Source: Eledone cirrhosa (lineage: Eukaryota). Taken from it: a stretch of DNA of 64,000 bases. The stretch spans positions 303,490,001 to 303,554,000 of the forward strand of contig OZ024740.1 in assembly GCA_964016885.1 (NCBI GenBank). The letters run 5' to 3'. This document shows positions 51,488 through 64,000 of this stretch, one piece after another. Position 1 is the first letter of the stretch; each line of letters starts with the position of its first letter. The position numbers and the translations under genes are program-made. The notes beneath the pieces were generated by a model. The model searched no databases. It was given only the letters and a program-made list of their open reading frames with translations, and was not told where the DNA came from.

Positions 51488-52811
51488 GTGAGTAATGATT
51501 TGTTTGTTTTTTTATTTATATATAACATAACTTGGCTACCCTTTACTAACACTGGCCAATACTATGTGATCTCTGTGATCGCACTACTCAACCGACAAAG
51601 AAAAAGCAGTCAAATCTCTCTCAAATTACATTCTTCTTCTTTTTTGTTACCTCCCACTTATTCCTGGGAGGGTCGTGGGCACAGAGTCCTCAAGCACGTG
51701 GCTGTAGTAACGAAGCTATAATCTCTCAATTCAGAGAAGCAGTGGCTCGGCTTGGAGTGACTCTGATCTACGAGCTATGCACTCTGTCAAGTAATGTTAC
51801 TCCAAAGTGTTTTTGGAGGAACCCCATTAGGTTCTCTAGTATTCACAATCATATTCTTTCAGTCCAAAATTTATGACTATAGGTAAGGTTTAGTATGAAT
51901 ACCTAATTGAAGATAGTGAGTTTGGCTTTTACACCTACCTCCCTTCTGATTACAGGTTGCTGAAGCTGGCACATTACTGCACCAGCTCATGCAATTCTCG
52001 CAATTAATTTAACCTCCTGCCTTCTACCACTTGTGAACAAATACCCAAGGTATCTGAAATTCTCTACCTGCTTCAATGGAACTCCACTCACATGTAGGGT
52101 GCACTGCTTAGGCTTCCTTGAGTGTTTCAGTCTTTGCAGCACTGAATTTCATTCCTGCCACGCAACACTCAGCAACAAATCTATCAAGTTCATGTCGGAG
52201 AGGGTGTGGGATCAGTGAGCTGGAATTTGCTGATGACATGGTATTACCTGACTTGTCAGATGATCTCTGATATGCAAATCACACTCTACATCTTAAAAAA
52301 GAAAGAGCACATTAGTCACTGTATATAAAAAGATAAGATAGCTATGGTTGGGATGTCTTTAATTATATACAACACCTACTGCCTGAAATTGTGGGGGCTG
52401 TATTAAGGAATACACTGGAGAAATTAATTAATATATTGGAAATTCAGAATGAGTAATGTTTTTTTTTACCCGAAAAAAAAAATAACCTGCACACCCCAAA
52501 TGTCTGAAATTTTTAGTTGTTGTTAAGTATTACACTAGGATCAAATAAGTTAAATATTAACAGGAGGATAGATAGATATGCTGTTACTTTTAGGCATGTT
52601 GTAGTATAATGTGAGCGCAATGTATTTAGTTCTGTTCTATTGTACAACTCTGGCTAAAAATCAGTTTAAAAAATAATCAAAACTGGTGAACAAAATGTTG
52701 TTTTTGTATAGCCAGAGGTCAGTTTTGATACATCAAAGATGTTCCAGCCTTAGTATATCTAAGACTACATTATACATTGTGTCCTTGCTAAACAAATAGA
52801 ATAGAGTATGA

Positions 52812-53082
52812 TTTTTCATGCTCAGATTTGCTGAAGCATGGAACAAACTACCTGCATCAGTTGTTAGCTGCCGAGACACCTCCTTTAAAACCTCCATGCT
52901 TCCTGAAATTTGTCAACACTATACCTGATATCCCCCCCTCCATACACACCGACACATATATATCACAACTCATACACTGTTCACTTTCCTGACATTTGTA
53001 CATTATTCTATGTACTATACATGCACCTTTGATGAGTTGTAGTGCACCTGAGCACTGTACACAATAATTTCATTATTATTAT
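52812..53082 (+). mobile_element. CR1/L2-like LINE 3' end
   Basis: FF.LRFAEAWNKLPASVVSC..SFK, then the tail ..GAGTTGTAGTGCACCTGAGCACTGTACACAATAATTTCATTATTATT. Tail copies at 36660-36910(-, two) and 53925-54055. Confidence 0.65.
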
Positions 53083-54105
53083 TTGATAGAGATTTGACTA
53101 TTATTTCTAGCAGATCAAGTTATTGTTTTTTTTTTTTGACGCCTTGCCAAACCTGATTAAACAAATTTATAATCAAAGGTACTCTAGATGTGACCATCCC
53201 ATTTTTTTTCATGTACAGTGCTTCGAAGACTACATCATTCAATGTGCCCTTCTTTTTTGTAAGATAGTAGAGTTTCATTTGAAGGAGTTTTTGTTGCTAT
53301 TTCTAACAAGACAAACAACTTCTTAGATGTTCATTTATTTGTCATATCAAAGACTGAATTGATTGGGTTGTAAATTTACATGGTAACATGCTTTTTAAGT
53401 TGGAAATTCCAAGTCAATGTAACTTAAAGTAAAATAGTCGTAAACTCTTCATCGGAGTGATTTCTAGATACACAGATACATGTATTCACCACTCATTCAC
53501 TCACACACACACTCTTAGATACATACACATACATTTGATACATATATACATGCACAAAATTACATGTGCTTACACATACATACACAATATCAGTTATATG
53601 CATCCACCATTCATTCACTCACTCACACATTTAGATCCATACATAGATGCACAAAATTACACATGCATATACACACACATACACAAACTCAGATATATGC
53701 ATACACCACTCATTCACTCACACACACACATTCTTATATACATGCACAAAATCACAACACGCACATCTAGATACATACATAGACAAAATTACGCGTGAAT
53801 GCACACAAACTCAGATATATGCATACAATCAAACATACTTACATACACACAAACTCAGATATATGCATACACTCACACATACTCACACACACACACAAAC
53901 TCAGATATATACATACAATGTGTATATCATGACTCATGCACTGTTCATTTTCCTGACGTTTGTACATTACTCTATGTACTATACATACACTTTTTGATGA
54001 GTTGTAGTGCACCTGAGCACTGTACACAGTATTTCATTATTATTATTATTATTAATAACACACATACACACACTATTGATTTGTTTTGCAATGTTTCCAT
54101 TGTAG

Positions 54106-54198
54106 GCCATAAATCCTATTCCCATTGTAAGAGAAACCACAAGAGATTCTTTAAAGAACTCACCACATCAGTAACTTACCTACATGAAGCTATCAAAG
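54106..54198 (+). CDS. PPP1R21: PPP1R21 coding exon 12
   Basis: HKSYSHCKRNHKRFFKELTTSVTYLHEAIK; TAG/GTAATG; phase 1-1 fits the neighbouring exons. Confidence 0.85.
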
Positions 54199-54410
54199 GT
54201 AATGTTTCTTGGAATATTTTCTTATTCTTTCTCTCTGGATGTCTTTTTCTTTCATTTGTGTAGCACGAGGTTAGCTCTGATCAAGCAGACATATGGCATG
54301 CATGTATACATATAGCAGTTGACTGAATGACTTGATGTAATCCACAGTTCTATTCCAATTATACCATGTTTTTGCCCAGTTGAGAATCTTATTGTACATT
54401 CCAATGTGTA

Positions 54411-54733
54411 GTGGGGAATCATATAGAGGGCAAAGTGACAATCTAAACATCAGTGTTGTCATTGTGGCTGTAATGGGGTCTCATATTTCAGTGGAGAATC
54501 ATATAGATGGCAATGTGACAATCTAAACATCAGTGTTGTCATTGTAGCTGTAATGGGGTCTCATATTTCAGTGGAGAATCATATAGAGGGCAATGTGACA
54601 ATCTAAACATCAGTGTTGTCATTGTGGCTGTAATGGGGTCTCATATTTCAGTGGAGAATCATATAGAGGGCAATGTGACAATCTGAACATCAGTGTTGTC
54701 ATTGTAGCTGTAATGGGGTCTCATATTTCAGTG
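54411..54733. repeat. 80-bp tandem repeat, 4 copies
   Basis: Units start at 54411, 54491, 54571 and 54651. They abut a decayed RTE 3' fragment (54735-55135). Confidence 0.9.
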
Positions 54734-56797
54734 CAATGTTACATGGCAGTGAGATATGGGCTGTGAATGTAGAGGATATGAGAAGATAGGAGAGAAATGA
54801 AGCTAGCGTGTCAATGGATGTGTGATGTTAATGTGCATGAATGATGAGCTGAAAAAAAAGACTGCATGATTATAGACGTAATGCATATGGATGATAATTG
54901 TTGGGTAAAGAAATGCTGGGAAATCCCAGTAGAAGGTAGCTGCAGTAGCGGAAGACCCAAGAAAACCTGGACAGCAGTGTTGGTGAGAGCTGGTTTCAAA
55001 CCACTGAAGCTCACTAAGGAGATGATGAAGGAACACAAACACAATGAATGGAGGGATATAGACTGGAAAATATCTGTCCAATCCATCCAGCCATGGAAAA
55101 GTAGACATAAAATGGTGGTGATGAAGATGATGATGAATTTCATAACAGGAGAAGAATTAAGGGACCTCTATATGGATTCAATCTTTAACTATAGACAAAA
55201 TCTTCACACTATGACATTGATGGGGAGGAAAGTAAAGAATTTCCCAGGAGGAATATTTTAATGGAGTTTGTGGAGTGTGTGTTTAGTTCCTAGCTGCAGT
55301 TGAGTCCTACACTTTAACCTTCATCTATAACAGCTTCTCAAGAGGAACACCGTTATCATGTGTGGGTTTAGCACCCAACTACTGCTTTGACCTTTACACT
55401 AACACTGAAGTGCTGACTGTTTCTCAAGAGGAACACCTTAATTCTTAATATCCTCCAATGATTTATCAGAAAATATCTTAAAAATGGGTTTGTTAATTCA
55501 AATGTTTATAGTATCTTTATTAGTGGACTGATTGTTGTGTAAATCTGTAGTAAACTAGATCTAAATTTTTAATGTGGTGCAGTTAAGTGCTGCTTTGTAT
55601 TTTTCAAGAATGTCTTGCTAATGCTGTTTTATGTGGCACAGGACGTTAAGAGTTAATGAATTGTGAGTTGAGTCCACAACTACAGTCTTGATTTTCACAC
55701 TATGACTTTAAATAATGCATATGGAAGTGCTGATATTCTCCTAAAGAGGAACTGAGGAACACCTTCAGTGTATGGCCAATTATCGCACTTGTGATGAATT
55801 GATCATTGTTTTGTTTGTTTGTTTGTTTGTTTGTTTGTTTTTCCTTTCCTTTCCTTTTTTTTTCTCTTGCTTTGATCATATATTTTTGTGCATTATATTT
55901 GTGAGGTCCATAGCAATAATTAATTGTATTTATTATTTGTGTTTATATTTTCATTTTGTAAGAATTATAAACAATTTGTAATGTTATTTACACAACTGTG
56001 AATAATAAATACACTGATAGACATTTTATATACAATCTTCTGTGTGAATTCAGTTCTGAAATACTACAGTCTTGATCTTCACTATGACCTTTATTGATGA
56101 AAGTACCAATAGGTTTCCCAAAATAATAATTTAACCTTTTCATGACCCCATTTCTAATGAAATACACTCTATTTCAATTGATTAATAAACATTTTTGAGA
56201 GATTTATTGAAATTATTAATTATTTCATTACTAAGATAGTAACTTAATGTAAGGTTCTTATATAGAATTATGTTGCAAGATTTAAATTTAAATTGGAAAC
56301 CTTTAAAATGGGTGGTTTTATTTCATAGAACCAGGGCCAGTTTTGGATGGGTTGGTAACTAAAGGGTTAAGTGAGTGTGAGATTAACCCAGAACTGGATT
56401 AATAATTAAGCAAAATAAGAAATGGAACAGCACACATAGCTTTTGCAGGCTCTCTCTGAGAGGTTTCAAATAAAAGAATACTCTTGAGTCTTGAATAATC
56501 GCCCTCGCCCCACCGCTTATTCATTTTTCAGACCCGCCACACCCCTATTATTTGTGACCTGATAGATGTTAGAATAAATACTTCATATTATGCTTTAGAG
56601 TTACATAGTTCATGTTCAGAAAAACAAGTATCTGTAAAATATAATGCTCTATAAATTCTTCATGTAAACATCTAAATTACCAAAATCATCCAACACACAG
56701 TTAGTAAACAAATGAAATGTAAACCCATCTTATTTTTCTTGAAGATGGGGACAAGATATCAAATAACCTTGGCATTTGTTATTCTTTTAACTTATAG

Positions 56798-56925
56798 ATG
56801 TCTCCAAGCACTTTAATTCCAAGATATCTATGGAACATCAACTTCCAACAGCTTCACAATCGCTGAAGACTTCAGATGAATGTATTGTTTCATCACTGGT
56901 CTCTCTTGTCACATCCACAGGCAAA
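56798..56925 (+). CDS. PPP1R21: PPP1R21 coding exon 13
   Basis: DVSKHFNSKISMEHQLPTASQSLKTSDECIVSSLVSLVTSTGK; TAG/GTAAGT. Confidence 0.95.
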
Positions 56926-58002
56926 GTAAGTCATTCATTAGTTCTTGTAATCATAACACATTCTGTGAGAGTATGTATATAAAGATATTGTATCACATAT
57001 CACAAACATATGGTAGTAGTAGCTAGGGGATTATTGTTAGATATTCTGTGATAGTATATAAATTAAGAGATCACAGCTCCAATACTATGGGCATGTGGTT
57101 AGAATGTCTCAGGAAAGAATTGCTGGACAGATTTAATTGGCAAAACCAATTGACAGGAGATCCAGGGACAGACCTCAAGCAGGATGATTGGATAACATCG
57201 ATGAGCTCAGCTGGTCTCGCTTGGTGATCCAGCCGGATCAGTTGGAGATGGTTGTTTCTGACAGAACCCACTGGAAGAAGTGTTTGAGGACTCTGCCCAA
57301 ACACTTTCTCAGAAGAAGAAGTTATTGTCACATGTCAATTACATACAGTAGCTAGGCAATTATTGTTACATATTCTGTGACAGTATGTATGTAAACCTAC
57401 TGTGTCACATTTAACATACATATGAGATAGTAGTTAGGTATTAAATGTAATATATAGTATGACAGTCTGTATGTAAAGATATTGTGTCATATGTCATGTA
57501 CATATGATGTGTATACAATACTAACAAGATAGTTATTGTAAGAATATGTATGTAAACATTGTGTCACATACATATGATGTACATGTGACATTAGCTATGT
57601 CAATATTGTAATACCTAGTATGACAGTACATATGTCAATATATTGTGTCACATTATGTACACATAACAGTATTTTGGTGATTATTGTAATAGGATTGAGA
57701 TAGTAAATAACTGAACAGCTGTAGTGACATGTATAGAGACAGTGGATATAGTATCCCTGTTCTATGTATGGAGGCGATAGATACAGTGTATTGTCCCATA
57801 CAAACATAGAACACATAGCTACTATCACATGCCATTGTCATATTCCCACCACTGTCACATATTCATCACAGTCTTTTATACATGTCACAATCTCAGAAAT
57901 CTCAATTACACATCTCTCACTCTCACATATCCTTCCCTCACTGTAAAATACATTTGTCACATATACTTGTTACATGCACTTTTCACATACATACACCTAT
58001 CA

Positions 58003-58400
58003 TATAACACTTGTCACATACCACTCGTCTCATTACACTTGTCACATTACACTTGTCACATACCACTTGTCACATTACACATGCCACATTACACTTGCCA
58101 CATAATACTTGTCACATTACACTTGCCACGTTACACTTACCACATTACACTTGTCACATTACACTTATCACATAATACTTGTCACATTACACTTGTCTCA
58201 TAACACTTGTGATATGCACTTGTCACATAACACTTGTCACATAACACTTGTCACATTACACTTGTCACGTTACACTTGTCACGTAACACTTGTCACATAA
58301 CACTTGTCACATAACACTTGTCACATTACACTTGTCACATATACTGTCACATAACACTTGTCACATAACTTATATACTGTCACAAATCCTGTCACATACA
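58003..58400. repeat. 14-bp minisatellite (CACTTGTCACAT(T/A)A)n
   Basis: Directly visible; ends ~35 nt before the exon 14 acceptor. Confidence 0.9.
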
Positions 58401-58436
58401 TTTGCCACCTTTAATAATGATTGCTTTTATTCTTAG

Positions 58437-58604
58437 TTGTCAGCTTTCTTATCTGGAAATCAAGACTTCTTTGCCCAACGAGTGAACTATCGTCTGAGAG
58501 GTAGCAGCGTTAGTGATACAACCCAACATAAAGAGGATCACACAAACCCAATTGTGGCCTTGTACCGTGAGAAAGCTATTAAATACCTGGAGAGTATACA
58601 AAGT
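58437..58604 (+). CDS. PPP1R21: PPP1R21 coding exon 14
   Basis: LSAFLSGNQDFFAQRVNYRLRGSSVSDTTQHKEDHTNPIVALYREKAIKYLESIQS; TAG/GTAAGT. Confidence 0.9.
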
Positions 58605-59798
58605 GTAAGTATTATTTGATATTTTAAAAGTTACTTTAATGTAAGGTGATTTTAGTGAGAACTACCATATACACTCGAATATAAGTTGATCTGAATATAA
58701 GACAACTCCCTCTAATTTATATATGAAAAATAGGCAAAATCAAAACCCTGTTTATAAGCTGAGGCAGCTAATCAACGCATTATGTTTAAATGGTGTGGAT
58801 TTGAAATTCTCATGAGTATAAAATATATTTATGAAGTTTTAATATTTTGATATTTAAAATGTTTTAAGTGTCATTCTGAGTATAGTTTTTGTTTCACAAT
58901 TATGTTAGCTAGTCAAAAGCAACATAAGCAGTATTAACCAGTACTAGTGATAAAAACCAACCTCAGTGGTATTAACTCAGGGTTTTCTACAGTGTAAAGA
59001 GCATTAATAAACATTACAAAGTAAACACTACCCGCAGGTGTGAGCCTCGCAAACTGGAATAGCTCTTCCAGCGCATCACTCTCACCATCCTCCGGGGAAA
59101 TGCCTTCTCTATTCTGTCCTCTGGGATCACGGGGCAGCCAGTGCGTGGGCCCACATTTGCTTATAATAGTGAGAGAGACAGAGGGAGTTGGTTCCTTTGT
59201 GTTTGGACCTGGTATATGTTTTATATTTATTTATTGCACCACACACACATTCATCAAGGCAGCATTATGTGGGAGATGAATTTAGAATCTTTTCTTTAAT
59301 GGTTGAATTAATATTCCAATGATTGGCCCATCTGAAAGCTGTAGCCATTGATAGACATTGTTTAACAATTAAAAAAATACTACAAAAGAGTTTTTAATAC
59401 TTATATTGCAATAGGTTGTATTATAATGAAATTTGTGATGTTAAATTCATAGCTTTCTCTAGAATATTCTCACCTAAGACATGATAGCCAACACATGTAG
59501 AATTTTTACTAACTTTAATATGTGTATGTCCATTCCATTAACAATTCAGTAGCTAGGAATTTGTAACCATGTAATTAACAAATGCCGAGAAGATAAGTAA
59601 ATTTAAAGTTTTAGTTCTGGATAACGAAATTACACTGAATCATGTTGGAAGATTTAAATTCTATTTTCTGCGGAATTAACACTTATTGACCTCTATAAGC
59701 ACTGATGTCTTAAAATCTATAATTTTATCCATTTCTTCGTCGAATAGACAAAAAAAATGAGACATATCTATATTGACTAAATTTGCTTTTATTTCTAG

Positions 59799-59891
59799 GC
59801 TCAACCTGAAAGTGTCCCCCATAGAATGGCCATACAGAACAGAAAGGTGCTTCTTAGTTCAACAGAAAGTAAAGAAAGTCTATTGAAACAG
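59799..59891 (+). CDS. PPP1R21: PPP1R21 coding exon 15
   Basis: AQPESVPHRMAIQNRKVLLSSTESKESLLKQ; TAG/GTAAAT; conserved NR..LLSSTES.E motif. Confidence 0.95.
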
Positions 59892-59931
59892 GTAAATAGT
59901 AAAGAATTATCTCTAGTTTATAGAAACTATA

Positions 59932-60095
59932 CATTTTTATTTTATATATACAACATTCTACTTTTTCCATTTTATATATACAACACTCAAATATTTTTAT
60001 TTTATATATACAACACTCCAATATTTTTATTGTATATACACAACACTCTACTTTTTCTATTTTATATATACAACACTCCAATATTTTATATATAT
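59932..60095. repeat. 30-bp tandem repeat (TTTATATATACAACACTCCAATATTTTTAT), ~5 copies
   Basis: Directly visible; a more degenerate continuation runs to ~60320. Confidence 0.8.
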
Positions 60096-61291
60096 TACAT
60101 CCCTATTTTATATAAACTATATGTCATTATGTTATATAGATGTTATATCCTTCTTTTATATAAACAATACACCACTATATTATATACACATTATATCAAT
60201 ATTTGGACATGACCACTCCCCCCCCCCCCCCAATATAACAATTACACCACTATTTTATATATACATTACACCACTACTTTATATATATATAATACACCAC
60301 TATTTTATATACACATTATATCATGGGGTTTGGATTTTTGCCCATATCTCAGATATAAAGTAGTGGGGTTGGCTTATGTTTTAATTTACTTATATTTAAG
60401 TATATACGGTACTTGGAAGTTGTTAAGGAGATGATAGGTGTTCTCATAAAATTTATAAGGCAGTTATATTGGAAGTCTATAATAGTAGTATAAGGCAACA
60501 AATTGGCAGTCATTAGAACATTGTATATGTTTTGGTTCTCTGCTCTCTGAGTTCAAATCCTGCCAAGGCTAACTTTACCTTTTATCATTTCGAGGTCGAT
60601 AATAAAATAGCAGTCTAGTACTGGGGTTGATTCTTCCTCTATATTACTTTCTCACTTCCATTTTCTCTATCTTTCTCTGGAAGAAATCTACTATATTCAG
60701 ACCAAGAGAGGAGATAGGCTCTGCCAGGTTTTAAATGCCCAAGAAACACTGTATGTCACTACAGTGCCCTTATGACTCCCTCTGGAGTTACAGGACTAAA
60801 TAAAATTTTAAAAAATAGTAGTATACATTCAACATAACTAGAATTGTGTGGTTACCTAAAAACAGCAAGAAGTAGGTTATTGTTCAATGGATGTCTATTA
60901 TTCCTATCCATAACATGAGTTTCCTAAATTTAACCCTTTAGCATTTAAACCGGTCATATCCAGCCAGAATTCTTTCACCTCTTTTCGTTCAAACTGGCTG
61001 TAACTGGCTGGTCATACTGATATTAATGTATTGTTCTCAAAATGAATAATATCAAAATCTCATAGATTCAATATTATATGAGATAACTATGTGAAGTAAA
61101 GCCTTTACCCTGAAAATACAATAGTAAATATAGAGTATTGTAAATGCTAAAGGGTTAAGCATCTTCTTAAAAATCCCAACTACATGTGTAAATATTTAGA
61201 CAATGAGTATGGTGTTACAAGGAATATATTGTTCAGTATTTTAAAGAAACGTTCTGTTGGATGACTATATTTTATTCTGATATACTTTCAG

Positions 61292-61393
61292 TTGCAAACT
61301 TTCCAACAAAAAGTCAGTAAACTGGAACAACAAAAGGAACATTACATGCTTGAACTGCAGCTTCTCAAAATGAAATATGAAAATGAAATACAA
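61292..61393 (+). CDS. PPP1R21: PPP1R21 coding exon 16
   Basis: LQTFQQKVSKLEQQKEHYMLELQLLKMKYENEIQ; CAG/GTAAGT. Confidence 0.95.
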
Positions 61394-62834
61394 GTAAGTG
61401 ATGTTCATAGTTCTTTGTTTCTTGTTTTCTTCGTTTTCTCATATTTTACTAAAAGGATAAACATTTTTTTAAATTGTCCCTCCCTACAGTTATTTTCTAC
61501 ATTTGGGGAAATGTACATAAAACAAATAAAATTGTATAATTCTCCCTAAACTGATAATTGTATTATTATTATTATATATGAGGCAAGTGGATTGACAGTG
61601 TTCGTAGAGAGTTGGAGACCATGCTTTGCAGCATAGAGTTACGGTCTGAGTTCAAATCCTACCGAGGTTAACTTTGCCTTTCATCCTTACGGGGTCGATA
61701 AAATAAAGCACCAGTAATGTACTGGGGTCAATTTAATCGACTTTCCCCTCCCCCAAATTACTGGCCTTGTGCTTATACTAGAAATCATTATTATTATATA
61801 TATATCATCATGATCATTACCGTTTAACATCTATTTTTCCATGCTAGCATGGTTTAGACGAATTGTCCAGATGTAAGCCAAGCCAGAGCAAATAACCATT
61901 TCCAGCTCACACTGGAGCAATTTTGGCTTGGTTTCTATGACTGCATGCTCTTCCTAATGCCAACCATATTTACAGAGTGGACTAGGTGCTTTTTAATGTG
62001 AACCTACATGACCATTTTACAGTGTAGACTGGGGTGTTGTAAGTGCATGGAGATTGGGGAGGTAGATCTAGGGTGGGGCACTTATCAAGTGAGGGGTGGA
62101 TCGGGGGGGGGAGTCCATACAGACCATGTCAGTACTGATGTAGAGCCACTAATCTCTCAAGCAGGCCAGGGATCTGTCTTTTGCTTATGTATGATCTTAC
62201 GTTTCCACTAAATGCTCAGGAGAGGTTATCAAGTCTTAGACACAACTGAGGGTCCTCCCAACCCTTTGCTTGGCAAGATTTCTACGATTGGAGGTCGTTC
62301 ATATCACCAACTACTTTACAGCATGTACTGGGAGTGTTTATCGAGTAAATCACGAACACTAGGGAGATTGTCATGTGCTTGACACAACTGAAGGGTCCTC
62401 CTGACACTTTGCTTGTTTGTTTAGCAAGCTCTCCATGGCTGAAAGCCCTTCCTATCACTAACCACTACATGGGGCGGGGACTGCTAGGAATGTATGGGTG
62501 GCTGAAGTAGTGAAGTTCAGAATAACTGTTAGGGAGTGCTAATGGAAGGGGGGGGGGGAGTAGGTCAGGTCACATTGTATGCTGCAGGTCAGGTCTTCTT
62601 CAGCATTGCATAGCGCCAGCCCTCTCAGACTTTAGTCACTTCTCATCCCGTGTTTTACTGGATCTACCTCTTCCATGGGTCCTAACCACTGGGGTTTCTC
62701 TGGATTTCTTTATGCTGCTGCTATCTGTTTTGTGCACCACCTGTCCATACCAATGCAGTCATCTCTCTTGCACACCACAACCAATTCCTCTTATGCCAAG
62801 TTTTTCCCTCAGTTTGCTTATGCTATGTCGCATA

Positions 62835-62873
<39 letters not shown>

Positions 62874-62899
62874 TTTACTTTTCTCTCTCTTGATTCAAG

Positions 62900-63043
62900 A
62901 AAGTCAAACAACTTGAGAAGCTTCTGGAAGATCCACAGAAACAAACAGATCGTTCAACTGTGTTAAGCCATGTTATGGGGGAGACTTCTGCGACTAACAC
63001 TGTCACTGGTGGTAAAAGTGAGCACTTTGATTCCAGTACCCAG
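62900..63043 (+). CDS. PPP1R21: PPP1R21 probable coding exon 17 (low-conservation linker)
   Basis: AAG acceptor after a pyrimidine tract, KVKQLEKLLEDPQKQTDRSTVLSHVMGETSATNTVTGGKSEHFDSSTQ, CAG|GTAAAA donor; phase 0-0. Confidence 0.7.
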
Positions 63044-63449
63044 GTAAAACTTACCTTATTCCATACATTACTACACACTAAACACACACACATATATATA
63101 TATAAATTTGAGTATGTGTTGATTAATTACCGACACTTCAGTATGCAGGGTAGAGCACTCAACGAAGTGCACAAGTGGGTTTGTTTACTCCGAAGTAATT
63201 TAAAAACAAGAAGTATAAGTCAACAGGTTAAAATTAACTTTGTTTATTCATATTCACTGTTATATATATTTCGAACAGAGGTAAACTTTATTCTATCATT
63301 ATGTTTTTTGTGTTTCTTCTGTTCAAATTCTAGCTGTCTGATGTGGTCATAGCTGTTGCATAATGGTTATCACCAAAATATATATAAGAGCAAATATGAA
63401 TAAACGAAGTTAATTTTAACCTGTTGACTTACACTTCTTGTTTACATTG

Positions 63450-63805
63450 TTTAGTGGTTAGAGCATTGGCCTTGCAATCGAAAGGTTGTGAGTTCAATTC
63501 TCAGACCGGGTGATGTGTTGTTTCCTTGAGCAAGACACTTTATTTCACATTGCTCCAGTTTACTCAGCTATAGAAATGAGATGATAGGACTGGGGTCCTT
63601 ATCATTCCACTGCAAAGTGGTCGTGGAGGTGCCACGGCAAAAAAGCACCCAGCCCACACTGTAAAGTGGACGTGTAGGCGCTATGGAAAAAAAGCACCCA
63701 GCACTCACTGTAAATGAGGTTGGTGTTAGGAAGGGCAACCAGCTGTAGAAATTAAGCCAGAATCAGCTCCCGTCTCACCTTTGCAAGCAGGGAAAAGCTG
63801 ACGTA
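63450..63805 (+). mobile_element. tRNA-headed SINE with RTE tail
   Basis: Homologous to 45416-45760. Confidence 0.8.
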
Positions 63806-63811
63806 AGTGTT

Positions 63812-64000
63812 CTATAGAAATAGTGGACAGCTTCCGTTACCTGGGTGACAAAATCAGCAGTGGAGGAGGGTGCTCTGAAAGTACAGTAGCTAGAGTCAGA
63901 ACTGGATGGAAAAAGTTCAGAGAGCTTATACCACTATTAGCTGCTAAAGGGTTCTCCCTAAAAATGAAAGGCAGGTTGTATGATGCCTGCATACGAACAG
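63812..64000 (+). mobile_element. RTE LINE RT C-terminal fragment (runs off the window)
   Basis: IEIVDSFRYLGDKISSGGGCSESTVARVRTGWKKFRELIPLL..KMKGRLYDACIRT. Confidence 0.85.

Noticed and set aside
59030-59280. GC-rich segment after CCCGCAG as an alternative PPP1R21 exon
   Set aside because: An in-frame stop (GTG TGA) follows the AG immediately, and there is no similarity to PPP1R21.

Overview
This is eukaryotic, AT-rich, repeat-dense animal DNA. The repeat families (tRNA-derived SINEs with a GCCTTTCATCCTTACGGGGTCGATAAAATAAAGTACCAG body, RTE tails ending in (TGA)n, abundant (TA)n) suggest a coleoid cephalopod, probably Octopus; this is an inference. Two host genes lie head-to-head. The first coding exon of prolyl endopeptidase (PREP) is on the minus strand at 521-586. 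PPP1R21/KLRAQ1 (FERRY complex subunit) is on the plus strand, with 17 phase-compatible GT-AG coding exons read from 16683 to 63043; the gene continues beyond the window. The ~16 kb between the genes holds two Ty3/Gypsy LTR retrotransposons, one LTR-to-LTR but decayed and one young and internally deleted. The introns contain RTE, CRE-like and CR1-like LINE fragments, SINEs, piggyBac-like and pogo-like MITEs, and several minisatellites. The least expected signal is a set of at least six sequence-distinct families of minimal type I hammerhead-ribozyme motifs. They mostly sit in short non-coding inverted-repeat elements next to (TA)n tracts (Penelope pseudo-LTR or retrozyme-like). Several have intact cores, and one family shows stem covariation. 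All folding and alignments were done by eye; no database searches were run.
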